NCBI GenBank assembly: GCA_012295275.1
Contig: CM022668.1
Coordinates: forward strand, 1,054,001 to 1,118,000
Length of the DNA: 64,000 nucleotides
From: Chrysomallon squamiferum
Lineage: Eukaryota > Animalia > Mollusca
Direction: 5' to 3'
Made by a program: the position numbers and the translations under genes. Each line of letters begins with the position of its first letter. Within the stretch, counting starts at the first letter, position 1. This document shows, in pieces, positions 38,401-51,653 of the stretch. Under the pieces are notes generated by a model that ran no database searches, was not told the origin of the DNA, and was given only the letters and a program-made list of their open reading frames with translations.

Positions 38401-41400
38401 GGTCATGGATCCTAAGAAAGTGATACAGGGTTGAGAAGAAGAAGCGGATGATGTCCATTGAATTAAAGCTTGAATTCATAGAAAAACATGAGCAAGGTGT
38501 GCATGTAGTAAACTTGGCTAGGCAGTACGAGCGTGCTCCTTCTGTAACATACTGAAGCAGAAGGAATCAATAAAGGCTGTAATTCCAGCTAAAGGTGTTA
38601 AAATAATTCGATCTCCAAGATAAATACACTTTACAAAATCCAAATTATTTCTTTACATTCTTTTATTTTGTTTTTTTTTTACAATATTTGTCATTTATAA
38701 ATACATTTTTCTTATTTAAAAACATGTTACAAAAAAAAGAAGGTAAAAAAGGGTTTATTTTTGGGGGGACTGGAACGGATTAATGGTATTTCAATTAATT
38801 TCAGTTGGGAAAATTGATTTGATGTACGAGCAAACTGAGATATGAGCCTGGTCATGGAATGAATTAAATTTGTAATTCAAGCTACCACTGTATATATATA
38901 TATGTACATAAGAAAAACACTAACATATAGAAAGGTACCTACTTATTTAATTTAATTTTTTTTTTTTTTAAATTTCAAGGTATTATCAGACAGTGAGAAA
39001 AGAAAGATTTATGATAAACATGGAGAAGAAGGTTTGAAGAAAGGTGACATGTCAGGAGATCCTTTCTCCAGGTGAAAAATCTTTATTTTAATTACTCAAA
39101 TTTATTCATCCAACTTTATAGAAATAATAATGGCATCATAATCAGAGTTGTCAAATTAAAATAAGACTTATTTTTAGAGGTTTTTTTTGACTATAGAACT
39201 GTTTTGGGGAAAACAATTAATTGTGTGTTTATTTCAGTTTCTTTGGTGATTTTGGTTTTAATTTTGGATTTGGTGGCGGGGAGAAGAGTGATGAAGTGCC
39301 CAGAGGAGGAGACATTGTTTTGGATCTTTATGTTACACTTGAGGAACTCTACATAGGAAATTTTGTTGAGGTGATTTTATAAAATTACTTTGTAATGAAA
39401 ACTTTCTATTTGATTTGGTAAGTTGAGTTCAATTACAGTTAATCTGCTTTTCAGAATTCAAATACAGTCGTAGTACTGTCCTAAAAATCTCAGTCAAACT
39501 GTTTTTCAGTGTCCAAAAATGCCAACAGTTTTTGTGGAGCGTCTCTAAAAATTATTAATATTTAAACATTTGAATGAGTATATTTAAAAAGTATTTTTTT
39601 TTTAATGGCATGACAAATTGTTTTTTTTATTGTAGTTTTAATGTTATTGTATTTGGTAAACTTATTTTAGTCTCAAAGTGGAACACAATTGAAAGGACAT
39701 ACTGAGGAGTGATTCTGCTATCTGTTATTTTGAGATAAAGCATGCTTGAGCTATAATTAGTAATATACATTTAAAATATTAAAAAAAAAAAGGTATATCT
39801 ATGTAAATATTGTATTAGTGTATAATAAAGTCAGTTTGTTCAATCAAGGTTGTTCGTTACAAACCTGTGGCTGTAGCAGCTAAAGGAACAAGGAAGTGTA
39901 ACTGTCGTATGGAGATGGTCACTCAGCAGCTTGGTCCAGGCAGGTTTCAGATGATGCAGCAGCAAGTCTGTGATGAATGTCCTAATGTCAAGTGAGTTGT
40001 GAAATGTTTTTATGTCAATGTTTTTTTTCGGTGGGAGGGGTATTTTGAAACTGGTATTATATAAATGCTGAATGTTGAAAATGATTTAAGTTTTCATTTG
40101 AAGTAAAGACAGCCTGTACTGTCTCTTTGTTATGATTTATTTCCCCTGAATATTAACGAAACAAACGGCTTCAAGTAAATATAGTAAGATATATATTCTA
40201 CTTGAATTTTGTATAGTCTGGATCTTGGAGTAGACTTTTTACCATATATTATCTCAACAGCTGTGTTATGTTTTATTTCTCATTAATTAAGACATATAAC
40301 CTAATTAAAATATTGACTCCTATATTTTCTGTTTTAGATTAGTTCCTGAAGAAAAACTCTTAGAGATAGAAATAGAAGCTGGCATGAGAGATGGACAAGA
40401 ATATCCTTTTGTAGCAGAAGGTTTGTTATAATTAATTTGATGTTTAAAAACAAAATATTAACATGTTTTTTTTTTTCTTTTTTTTTTTAAAGAATTTACT
40501 CTACGTTAAGAAACATTATTAATGAACATGTTTGACAAAATTCAGTTTGTTTTATTAAACACGGTAATAAAACAATCTATTTCTTCTAGATCCTTAAATT
40601 ACAAATTAATTTCCTGTTAAAATTTGTTTCACTATGTTTATAAAAAAAACAACATTTAAAATATTAGGTATCTGATTTTTAGTTTGTTCTTTTACTGAAA
40701 AATCTTTTTTAAAACTTAGTATATGAATACAAACTGTCTTTTAGTAATTTTTGTTTCTAATATTTACTTCTACAATATACAGCTTTTTTACTATTAGTTC
40801 TTTAAACTTAGATAATTATTTTTGTTCATATGTCATTTCACTTTCCACTTAGTTGCAGTATTGACATTAATTTGTTTGATTTATTAGGAGAACCACATAT
40901 TGATGGAGAACCAGGAGATCTGAGGTTTAGAATTAAACAGATAAAGTAAGTTTCTTTGTTGATTAAAGCAAATATTAAATACTTTATTATATTTTCTAAT
41001 TTAGGTACTGATGTAGTGTAAACAAGTATAATAAAAATTGTAAAATATAATTTATATAAATTTTTTCAGACACCCTCGTTTTGAAAGACGTGGTGATGAT
41101 CTTTACACGAATGTAACAATACCTTTACAAGATGCACTGACAGGCTTTGAAATGGACATAAAGCATTTAGATGATCATAAGGTACAGATTATTATATTTT
41201 AAAAACAATATTTAAGCTCTTATAAACATTTAATACCGATACGAAGTTCATTAGACTTAATGTAGGAAAAGCTTTATTTTAGATTATTCAGTTTCAAGTG
41301 TAAATATTTTTTTGACTTGTACGAAATATTTTTAACAATATAGTATTTAATCTTTTACTATGTCAATTTAAATGTAATCTGTGGTTTATTGAGCATAACT

Positions 41401-43101
41401 GAAATTTACAAAATACCTCAAACTGTTTTTATATATTTAAAAAAAAAGAAAAAAAGTACCGTATATACTTGTGTATAAGTCGAATTTTTGGGAGACTATA
41501 TTAAGGTAATATTTTGGGGGTCAGCTTATACATAGGTAATGCTTTTGTAGCTGTTGCTGAAGAGTCGCCATTTTGACTATTTTTTGCTACGGGATGCATC
41601 TAAAATAATCGCGGTCTTTCAGCTTTTGAAAAATTAAATAACAAAACCAAATATGAATGTAAAACATGTTATTCTTCCGTTTAATGACATAAAAATACAT
41701 TTTAAAGCAAGAAAACCGTCAGTACGGCGTTATGCCTTACAGCATCTTGCAATGATCTAGGAATGCAGACTTCTCTGCCAAATTGCACTAAATATCGGTC
41801 CTAATTTCATAAACAAAACTCACTTGTTTAATTTTAAAGAATTTGGTGAAATAATATTGCAATCGTCATTAATATCCACTACCGACAAATTTTGTAAATC
41901 ATAGAACGGCTAAATATAACGGTAAGTTAGGTCTCCATGTTAGACCTATTACATTAAAGAGATACTATTTATGATACATTTAGGCTATAGCTCGTGTAAT
42001 ACATGCATTTACGTTATTATGGTATGTTCATGCAAGTTATGTTACAGTAGGCGTACAACGTAGGCCTTCGTGGCACTGTCACACTGGTCTAAAAATAGTG
42101 ACGGTGCCTGGAATCTACAGTCGACGTATACACAAGTAATACCTAAAATGACGCAATTTTTGGTCTTAAAATACACATCGACTTATACATAAGGTCGCCT
42201 TGTACACAAGTATATACGGTAATAAATAACAAATATATTATTTCTAGTACTAACATGGTTTAAATTATGTTGTTTTGATGTAACATTTGATTTCAGTATT
42301 TAAATTTTGCATGTTTGATTATCTCTAAATGGTTCCACCAGTAATTAACCTGTTTATGACTAGGTTCACATAGTAAGAGATAAGATCACCTGGCCAGGTG
42401 CTCGAATGAGGAAAAGCAATGAAGGGATGCCCAACTATGAAAATAATAATGTCAGAGGCTCCCTTTACATTACATTTGATATTGACTTTCCTAAAGGCAG
42501 CCTTTCAGAAGAAGCTAAAAAAGGTATTTAATTATGTTGTATTAGTAATAAGAATAAATAGAGTAGATAGGGTTTTTTTTTATACTTCCAGATATTGATT
42601 TGTTATTATTATTATTATTTCACATATCAGTAAATGTAATAAACAAACTGCATTTAACAGACACAAATTAATACACTTTAAAGCAGAGTCTTTTGGATTT
42701 TAATTAATCCACTTAAAATTCTTGCATTTCTGCTGCTTTGAGACGTGCTAATGAATGAAAAGCACAGCAAGCTGAAACAGATGATCACCGAGTGGAGAGA
42801 GTCAGCTGAACTGGTGTGTGACCAGCGGCACAAACTGAAAGTCAGTTTTGTCAGAACCACATTACTGGTTTGATACAAGTAATGGAAAAGAAAGGAATAA
42901 ACATGAAAAAAAAAATTGCAAGCCATCTAAATACGTATATTTTAAATATCACTAAAGAAACATTTTGCATATAAATAAATGTGTTTGTGTGTATGTATAT
43001 ATATATATAATTTTAGTTTTTTGGTTTTTTGTTTAGGTGTGAGAGAAATACTGAAAATGGAATCAAAAAGAAATGTATATAATGGACTTCAGGGATATTG
43101 A
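35422..43101 (+). CDS. DNAJB11: DnaJ homolog subfamily B member 11 (ERdj3), 10 exons, 357 aa
   Basis: Exons 35422-35492, 36918-37074, 38980-39071, 39238-39370, 39849-39991, 40338-40420, 40888-40945, 41070-41181, 42364-42523 and 43037-43101 total 1074 nt. They encode a signal peptide, a J domain ([26 protein letters not shown]), a G/F region, [35 protein letters not shown] and the C-terminus VYNGLQGY*. Confidence 0.97.
35632..35650 (-). promoter_or_regulatory. ER stress response element (ERSE, CCAAT-N9-CCACG) in DNAJB11 intron 1
   Basis: The + strand reads CGTGG-taatctgtc-ATTGG, the exact reverse complement of the ERSE consensus with 9-nt spacing, 140 bp after exon 1 of an ER chaperone gene. 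Confidence 0.7.
36918..37074 (+). CDS. DNAJB11: DNAJB11 exon 2, J domain with HPD
   Basis: [52 protein letters not shown]. Confidence 0.97.
37670..38307. repeat. Long inverted repeat / foldback (MITE-like): ~295-bp arms (37670-37964 and 38013-38307) with a 48-bp spacer
   Basis: The arms are near-perfect reverse complements with only scattered substitutions. This explains the twin ORFs 37632+ and 37833-. Confidence 0.93.
38308..38890 (+). mobile_element. Truncated Tigger/pogo DNA transposon: decayed N-terminal HTH of the transposase (38405-38610) plus the right TIR ending ...ctaccactg|TA
   Basis: Across frameshifts: MDPKKV / [34 protein letters not shown] / [20 protein letters not shown], a CENP-B-type HTH of Tigger transposases. 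The terminus is the reverse complement of CAGTGG and is followed by TA. Confidence 0.85.
38980..39071 (+). CDS. DNAJB11: DNAJB11 exon 3
   Basis: [30 protein letters not shown]. Confidence 0.95.
39238..39370 (+). CDS. DNAJB11: DNAJB11 exon 4, G/F-rich region
   Basis: [44 protein letters not shown]. Confidence 0.95.
39849..39991 (+). CDS. DNAJB11: DNAJB11 exon 5, Cys-rich region
   Basis: [48 protein letters not shown]. Confidence 0.96.
40338..40420 (+). CDS. DNAJB11: DNAJB11 exon 6
   Basis: [27 protein letters not shown]. Confidence 0.95.
40888..40945 (+). CDS. DNAJB11: DNAJB11 exon 7
   Basis: [20 protein letters not shown]. Confidence 0.95.
41070..41181 (+). CDS. DNAJB11: DNAJB11 exon 8
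   Basis: [37 protein letters not shown]. Confidence 0.95.
41459..42219. mobile_element. 761-bp MITE / non-autonomous Tc2/pogo-type element with TA target duplication
   Basis: TA|CCGTATATACTTGTGTATAAGTCGA ... TCGCCTTGTACACAAGTATATACGG|TA, with internal subterminal copies of (cga)cttataca at about 41522, 42121 and 42178. Confidence 0.9.
42364..42523 (+). CDS. DNAJB11: DNAJB11 exon 9
   Basis: [53 protein letters not shown]. Confidence 0.95.
43037..43101 (+). CDS. DNAJB11: DNAJB11 exon 10 to the stop
   Basis: [21 protein letters not shown]. Confidence 0.95.
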
Positions 43102-45320
43102 CGACTTTTTAATGTTAGTTTTGAGAAATTGTTTTTGTCTTTGAATGTGGTGTGATAGTTGTTGATATAAAACTGAATGTATGTTGGTTGAATGTGGCTA
43201 TTTTTAATCCTGAAGATGTATTTATATGTGAACATACATGAAGATTTCCCATCACATTTGCAAAAATCACAAAATAAAATTATTTGAAAGTTATTTATTT
43301 TTATCATATGTAAGTAATGTTTTTAAAAAATCTGTTAATTTTGTTTTGTTTTGTTTTGTTTTTTAATATGATATAATGACATATGACTTAGCTTATTATA
43401 TTAATACATAATCCATTATTACATTAAAATTATTTAGAGGATACTTGTGTAACAGTTTGCACAGAATGTTGATATTGACTAGAAAACTAGACAATCTAAC
43501 AGCATTTTAAATAATCTGTTTTAGAAACCATCTTAGGTTTTTCTGTTGATGGATAATAAGAAAATGTACTTTATTTATAGTGAAGAAAGTATACCATTTT
43601 ATTATTATTATTTCATTTCCACCTTTATACTTGGTTAAAGTAACAGTGATAGACTGCAATTAACTAGTATTACTGGTAGGAGCATGTTACATCAGTGAAG
43701 GCATACAGTGGTATATTAAAAATAAGAAAATAGTTCTGTAGGTCTGCACAAATATCGTTTAAGAAATTTCACTTATGTAAAACTGTTTCTAAAATTCTGT
43801 AGTAGTTGTAAATTATGCAAATCACAAGGTTTTATAGGGAAATGCACTTTTAAAATTTTGGGTGGAAGAATTTACAATTTGGGATTTTTCATTCACCATA
43901 AATATGTACATATATTCATGTATATCTGATCATAACATCATAGCTTTTACAAATACAAAACCATTTTGTTTATTTTTTTAAATTTTGTTTAATGCAGTCC
44001 CATTTTGATACATGAGTTAATTTAATTTCTCATATTTTGAATACTTCAAATAAAATCAGGTATTGTTCATTGGATCTTAAGCTATATATAAAGAAATAAC
44101 AAAATGGAAATCAGAGTTTCATAATCTCTAGTACTGCCTAGTACTATTTTGTATTTCATATGCTCAGAATGATTTTGTGTTATTTGGAACTAAACAGATA
44201 TTAAAATTAAAAAAGAGATAATCAGAAATTGTGTTTTTTGTTTTCTTTTGAATGTTGATCATTTTACAAATGTGTGTGTAAATAAATATTTGGGGTAATT
44301 GTTTCCTTACAGATTAATATTTATCTTCTTACAACTGAGTGACAGTGTATATTTTACACAAAAAGGTGATGTAACTTATGTGGTGGTCTTATTAATACTA
44401 TCATTCTCAGCATGTACATTTGGATTAAATGAAATATTTCTATGTTGTTTTATGACATTTGCATCCATTTATCTCATTATATATTAAAATGATGTAATGT
44501 GTTCATAAAAATGTTTTTAGTATCATGCAACTATTTTGGAACAAATTATTAAAATAAACTTTGTATAAATTTAAAAGAAAAATTTGTCATGTTTATCATT
44601 GTTACCTGCTTTGAGGGAAGCTAGCACTGAACTTGTTAAATTAGAAAATAAATTATTTAAAAAATGTTCTTGTCTTTTATTTCTTCTTTAAATACAAATT
44701 AAAAACAAATTTTACCCTCAGTACTTTGGTTTGATCATATAACAGTCCATTTTTCTATCTGTGATGTTGTTTAAAAACATTTTTTTTTATATCAATTGTT
44801 GAAGGTTTATTTATTATAATTATTGATATATAAAACTGCTTATTTAATACATAAGTATATTTCACTGAAATATAATTTATTCACAAAACAAAAGATGAAT
44901 TTAAGACAAGTCATAGTTTATTAAAACTTATTTAATCATTTGAAAAAGTATATGATAAGGAAGGTTAAAAAAGTAGAATATTTTATTTAATGTTATAGAA
45001 TTCAGTTTCAAACATGTTAACATTTAAAAGAAATAAGTTAAAATGTAGTCTTTGTCAGCTAATGACTAGGAAAGGAGATTAAAAGTGATGTGGGCAATTC
45101 AACATTAAATTCCCCAATTCAAGTTACAACCTGATGCATACTATTATTACTCACATTACAAATATATTCTACACGCATGTGACATATATATATATTTAAA
45201 ATCTCATCATAAACTGTTTTCCCACACTGATGGTTGCAAACTAATACATGACATTAATAATTTTTTTTTTTTTTTAAACAATTAATATTTTATTGATATT
45301 TAAATTATTTATTTGTATGT

Positions 45321-45382
<62 letters not shown>

Positions 45383-46070
45383 TTTTGTGCTTTCTTTTTA
45401 GCACAAATAAAAAGTTTGAGCTACTGAAGAATAATTTTATTTCAAGAATCAGAATGTAATAGTGTATAAGATATATGCTTAAACTACTGGCTAAAATTGT
45501 TTAAACAGGATGGCTAATAACTGATTATTAACAACTGTTGCTAACTGATTTGTGAAAAGTCCATGTCTGGTTTGTAAAACTGACCTCAGTTAACAAATGA
45601 CAGAAACGCTGTAAATTACTCACAGAATAAAGAAACCCAAACAGCAATATTCAGGCAGTAGCAACATGGACAGGAAGATCTGAATACCAATTCTTTGACA
45701 AAAATAATAAATAAATAGATAATGTACTGTTACGAGAACGAAGAATTATTAAATTTAAATAAGAATTTAACTGTATCCAATGCAAAATAAATGCGATGTG
45801 CGAGTTTATGTTCGAATGGTCTAAATATAATGCCTTAGATAGGCCAAGCGATTCTGTTAAACTGTAACTACATAGCCCACCTTTTGTCAAAGGAAGAAGA
45901 AAACAAAATAATAATAATCTATATACTACTATAATTGTCAAAAATAAAAACCCGAACAATTATTTTTATCCAATTTATTCATTCATCACGTGCATTCAGT
46001 GCCTGTGGGCGAGTTCATTTTGATGAAGGTAGTTTAAGAGTATTTACATTTTTAGAAGCAAAATCGAAAA

Positions 46071-46148
<78 letters not shown>

Positions 46149-48547
46149 TAAATAAATATAAATAAAAATATAATAAAAGCAAAGCAAATGGGTGTAATTG
46201 TCTGTGTGTAACATTCTGACAAGATAATCCGGACTACGATGTCGGCGATGACCACTACGTTGGCAACATCCCTGTCGGGGTGTGTGCACCACTTCGACCG
46301 CGACCAGCTAATCAGCCACTACGAGATTTACATTCACTTAACACATCATATTATGTCACGCGAAAATAATAATGTTGCAGCATCGCGCGTCTTAATCATT
46401 TCGGTGGGCAGAAAAGTGTGACTAATAATTAATTGGAAACAGAATATAAATATTATATCTTACCTTCAAAAAATAATGGAATTAAAATTCTTTTGTTTTT
46501 ATCATTCTGAACCCTTAGTTATATGGGCCAAAGGCAAAAATAGCATTCATTAAGTTTATAAATAAATAAAACGGTAAAATAAAACAAATAAAGGACGAAA
46601 ATAGCCTTTTCTAATGTTTGTGTGTGTGTGTGTGTGTGTGTGAACGAATAACAAGTGATTAAATTGTATTTTAGTATAATAACAACGTTTTATTTTCACT
46701 AAATAAAAAGCGACATTTGCAATACAATCCTGTCACACAAATAAATCATTTAAAGATGTTTATGGACATATATAGGATTACTCTTTTTTAATCTGATACA
46801 TTTTTCAAAAATGCAATTAGTATTGATTTTCATTATAATCTTCAGAAAAAAAAAAAAAAAAAAAAAACAATGAAAGAAAGATAATAATAATAATAATAAT
46901 AATATAGTTTTTTTTTGTTTTTTTGTTTTTTTTTTAATAATAAATTCTTTATTTCAAAAATCGCTGTTGTTTTTGTTTGTTTTTCTTACACCAAAGAAAA
47001 GTACATAGCTGATCAATTAAGAACTCGATGACGACAGACAAAGCTGTAAATGGATTGATATTATCTAGGACGGTCGCCTGGAGTATTATCATATTTTAAT
47101 TATTCTTCTTTTTGGTTTTTTTTTTTTTTTTTTTAATTGACTTTTCTGGGTCTTAAAAAAAAAACCATAAAAAAGAAAAAAAAAGAAGAAAAAAAGAAGA
47201 ATGAAAAATAGAAAGCAAGAAGTAAAGCAAGAAAAATATATAAATAGGAACAAATTAACATCCACTTTTCAGATCATCAAAGGAGACGTAATTATATTAT
47301 TAGGGGGGAAAAACAAACCAAAAAAGGGTTTAATATACAGTTAAAGTTACCTATCTCGCTGTCTTTGTGACCATCGTTGTGACCGGCTGAAGGAATTTGC
47401 CTTCTTTTGAAAGGTTTATGAATTATATACATTACTTACATTAAGGTCGCAAATAGTTGAAGAGATCATTCAGTTTATGTCCCGATGTTTCTGATCCTAA
47501 CTTTTTCAAGAGATCTAATTTTTCCGTTACAGCCAACACTTTACTCATCGTTTTAGTGCCAGTCGGCGTTTGAAGGGCATATTTGTACTGCAAAACAGTA
47601 AAATATCATCAACAAACGTTCAAAATACAAAGCTCTACACGGGCATCTGCTCAGCTAGGGCTACATTTTGTTACTTTCCGGGTTGCGGAATGTCGACAGT
47701 GGGAACTTCACCCAGTATTACACTTTGTTAGCGTTTAGCGTTCTGATTTATTCAAAGCAGACATTTCATAAAAGTACTTCAGGGAAGCAGATGTTAAATG
47801 ATAAAAATAATGTGATTGGATTTGAAAAATAGTTACAACTAATTCCAGTTCAATAAACTCAGTTCATCTTTCAAATAAATTTAGACGCACACAGAACTAT
47901 CAAGTTGAGACCCTTATACTCTATTTATTTTTTGTTTGTTTGTTTGTTTCTTTGTTTGTTTCTTTCTTTCTTGTAACAATATAACTGATATTATGACTTT
48001 ATTAGAATTTAAGATTCTAGATTATAAATAAATTTCTAAAAAGTATGGAACTCTGAAATATCAAAGAAAAATGATAACTATTACATATACATCTTTCTAT
48101 TTTCTGAATTTATTTAATTTTGAATTCCACTATTATTGGACACTGTGAGGCAACAGAAACAATAACAGTTTAAAATGCATAAATGCAATTTTGAAGCTGA
48201 ACACGAATCAACATTTATAAACGACAGATATTCGCTGCAGTCAGTGTACAACCATAACTCAGCAAACCTCAAACTGGTTGTCTCTTGTCCCAGCGCACGT
48301 CTCGCGAGGTCTCGTCCTGTCAAACAAAATCAACAAACTGCTGACATCATGTGGCCTTCCAATTTAATAGGATGGATCATCCATCAAACATATTAAATTA
48401 TTCCCTTATGTCTGGAACAAAAATGAAAATCACTGGGGTGGAGAGTAGAGATTCCGAGGAAATACTGGTAAATGGTAATTAGGACTGAACAATGCATTAA
48501 TAAAGGAAATATTATAAATATTCCAATCTTTCCCACTTTAATCTTTG

Positions 48548-48615
<68 letters not shown>

Positions 48616-50685
48616 AACACACAGAGATGTAAATTGTTTTAAAACAATACTTACCATCCCTTTCTTCCCACGCTTTCTATTTCTGTGTTTAAACACAACG
48701 TATAAAGAAATGATTTCAGCTAAGTCTGACAAATCAAGCTAAGTTATATTTACCTTGAAACAGATCTGTAGTAAAAATACCATGATGTTTCGAACAACGT
48801 GTGAAAACGTGATATCCTGCATCATGCTTCCAATTAATCTGTCAACTAACAAGCACAATACAACCCATTCTTATGATTTTTAATACCAAACAGTCTGCAG
48901 TGTTTAACTATCATTATTATTATTGTTATTGTTGGTTTTTGTTTTTTTAATATTATTGTGTGGTTTGATGTTCTTGTCTTCTTCCCCTGCTTGTTTGATT
49001 CACTGCGGAAAGTTAAGGTTACTAGAAAACATACACCTGCACGCGCGAACACCCGCGCACGCAGAGCACGTTCTTTACTTAGGCACGGACGCAGATTTTA
49101 ATGTTAGTCAATATCATTAGTCTGTTTTTATAAAGTACGTATACACCATAATTCTCAGTGAAACACAATTCCGCAAAATAGGTCCGACTCCCACAACACA
49201 ATTGTTTTTTAACAGGTTTAATTTATTACGTTATTGTGACTCTTTAAATATAAACATTAGTGGTTTGTTGTTGTTGTTGTTGTTGTTTTACTATTATTAT
49301 AATTTATATAGTGTCTGATCTATTAATGTCTAAACCATTTCAGCCACTGCGTAGGCAACTACAACATTTAATATATATGTAAAAAAATAAATAAATAAAT
49401 AAAAATTAAAATAATAGAAACAAGAATAAAAATAAAAAAGGGGAAAAAAAAAAAGAAAGAAAAAGGAAAATAATTTCTCTCATTTCTTGATGGACACTAT
49501 AAAGTTATAATTCTAATTCCTTTCTTTTTTATTATGTACGTAATAATTAAACAAAATATAAATAATTAAATAAATAAACTAAAGAACATAGAATTCTTCA
49601 TTTGTGAAAAAACAATAAACCATTAACGATTGTCAGATTTTTATTAATTCAGAATCAAAAGCTGTCAAGAATGGAAAACTTTGCTGAAATTAAGCAAACA
49701 AAACCGGTGTTATTTCAGCTTGTCAAACAATCTACGTTGCGTTATGTCAAATTTGGAATACATGAGGTCGTGCCAGAACAGACACTATTGACGAAACAAA
49801 GATAAATTTCAGCTTAAATATTGTCTCAGTCACTCATAACCTTAGTTCAACTGATATATACATTCTCTCAACGGAAGATTGGAAACAGATAGAAATAAGT
49901 CAGCCAATTCCTCGCGTTACTCTACACAATTTCTCATTTGTTCCGCGTCGATAGTGCTAAATTATTGTATCTGCGAGATCGGCTATCAGCTACAGTTACA
50001 AGGCGTCGAACTGGAGTTATCATCAATTTGTCGCTAGTGAATGCTTTAAGTACATCGGAAATTGACGGATATTCCCGTAAATTGTCGGATGTTCCAGTAA
50101 ACTATTTTCTTGACGAGAGTTCTCTTTTTTTGGCATTTTATTATTTATTTTCGAACCTGATATAGTGAACATAAATAAATAAATAAATAAATGTTATAAG
50201 AAAAACTTAATTAGATACTGACAGAGGAGTAATAATTTAAAGAGCAACATGGATTTAAATTAAAAGATAGGGAAATAAGCACAATGGGTGTTAATGTTAA
50301 AAATATTAAATTTCCATTTTATTCTTCTTTCACTATACATGTACTGTTGTAAATATTATTATTTTTTTTTTTTCGCTTTAATTATTTCAACATATTAAAA
50401 CAAATTATTTAACATTAAAATAATTAAATTAAAGTAGTGTTATGTTCCTTCTGCTTTGATATTGTAAATTAATTCATGATAAAAGCTGTTCAATGTATTA
50501 TTAACTGTAAAAAAAAGTAATATCATAATCACATTAAAATTATTCACTAAGTGTTACAACAAATATGTTTGTATAACAACATATAAAATAAATAAAACTT
50601 TATGTGTGTGTATGTGTGTATACGTATATATGTATGCATGTATGTATATACATACACACAGATGAGCATGTGTATGAGTTTACGA

Positions 50686-50737
50686 GTTCACTACTACAAT
50701 TATAAGTTACACTTTTACCTATTCACTATTACAGTAA
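50686..50737 (-). repeat. Isolated inverted ~1.5-unit copy of the 35-bp minisatellite
   Basis: The reverse complement reads ttactgtaatagtgaataggtaaaagtgtaacttataattgtagtagtgaac. Confidence 0.85.
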
Positions 50738-51653
50738 AATGTAGACGTTGGGAGCGAAGTTGTTTGTGAGTGCGGCGGAAGAATACACTGTCACGCGCCG
50801 TTTTGGGGGAGAGGTGGCGTCGCTTCGGTCCCAGCATACGCTGTTCGGTAGCGCGTGCTTCGTTTAAATCAGCTTTTGTGTTTCTTTTTTTCTGTACTGT
50901 AATATATTCTCCCTTTCATTTTCCACTGGCTTAGTTCTATTTCTAGATATATACGTATGACTTTAGGGTGTTTTAGTTTAGGTAAGTAACTAAGGCTATG
51001 GTAATTCCGACTTGCATAGAAAATCGCCTTTGGTTCTCTGACATAACTCGAAGATTCCTATATACATACACACATTCATATACACACACACATATACATA
51101 CATACATACATGCATACATACATTCATATATACACACACACATACATACATATATACATTTAAAATCAACTGAACGAAACTTTTACTTATTTTTAATTAC
51201 GTGAAAGTTAATTAAATGGGGTTTTTTTGTTGTTTTTTTCTTGGTTTTTGTATTTATTATTATTATTATCATCTAAATAAAAAGAATGGGTATGATCATA
51301 ATGATGGTTATGATAAAACTGGCACATTGAAGTATAACTGATTTCTAAAGTATTTTTATGTGGTATTTTTTAATTCCCTTCTCACAATGGATACCAATTT
51401 TCAAAATGGAAACTTCTCTTTAGTAGGCGTCGTACGCGTTAAAAGAGAGAACTCGACAAAATGAATCAGATGAAAATTAATATGCTTTTCAAACACAGTG
51501 TGTGACAGTGTGAGTTATGAGTTTAGTTAGAGTTACAAAGTACGCTGCTGCTGCTCTCTGTGGAGGTCTATTGTTCGTTTCTGATTCGTGAAAACTGACT
51601 CCGTTTACGACAAACAATTATATGTAGTCTGATTAATGAAAGGCAGAGCAAAA

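Noticed and set aside
42720-42875. GC-richer island in DNAJB11 intron 9 (snoRNA, or short [18 protein letters not shown]...)
   Set aside because: There are no convincing C/D or H/ACA boxes, no splice sites and no recognised homology. It remains unexplained, possibly a transposon remnant.
46200-46421. CpG-rich patch with short ORFs
   Set aside because: No splice-site framing or recognisable protein; it may be regulatory, but that is unsupported.
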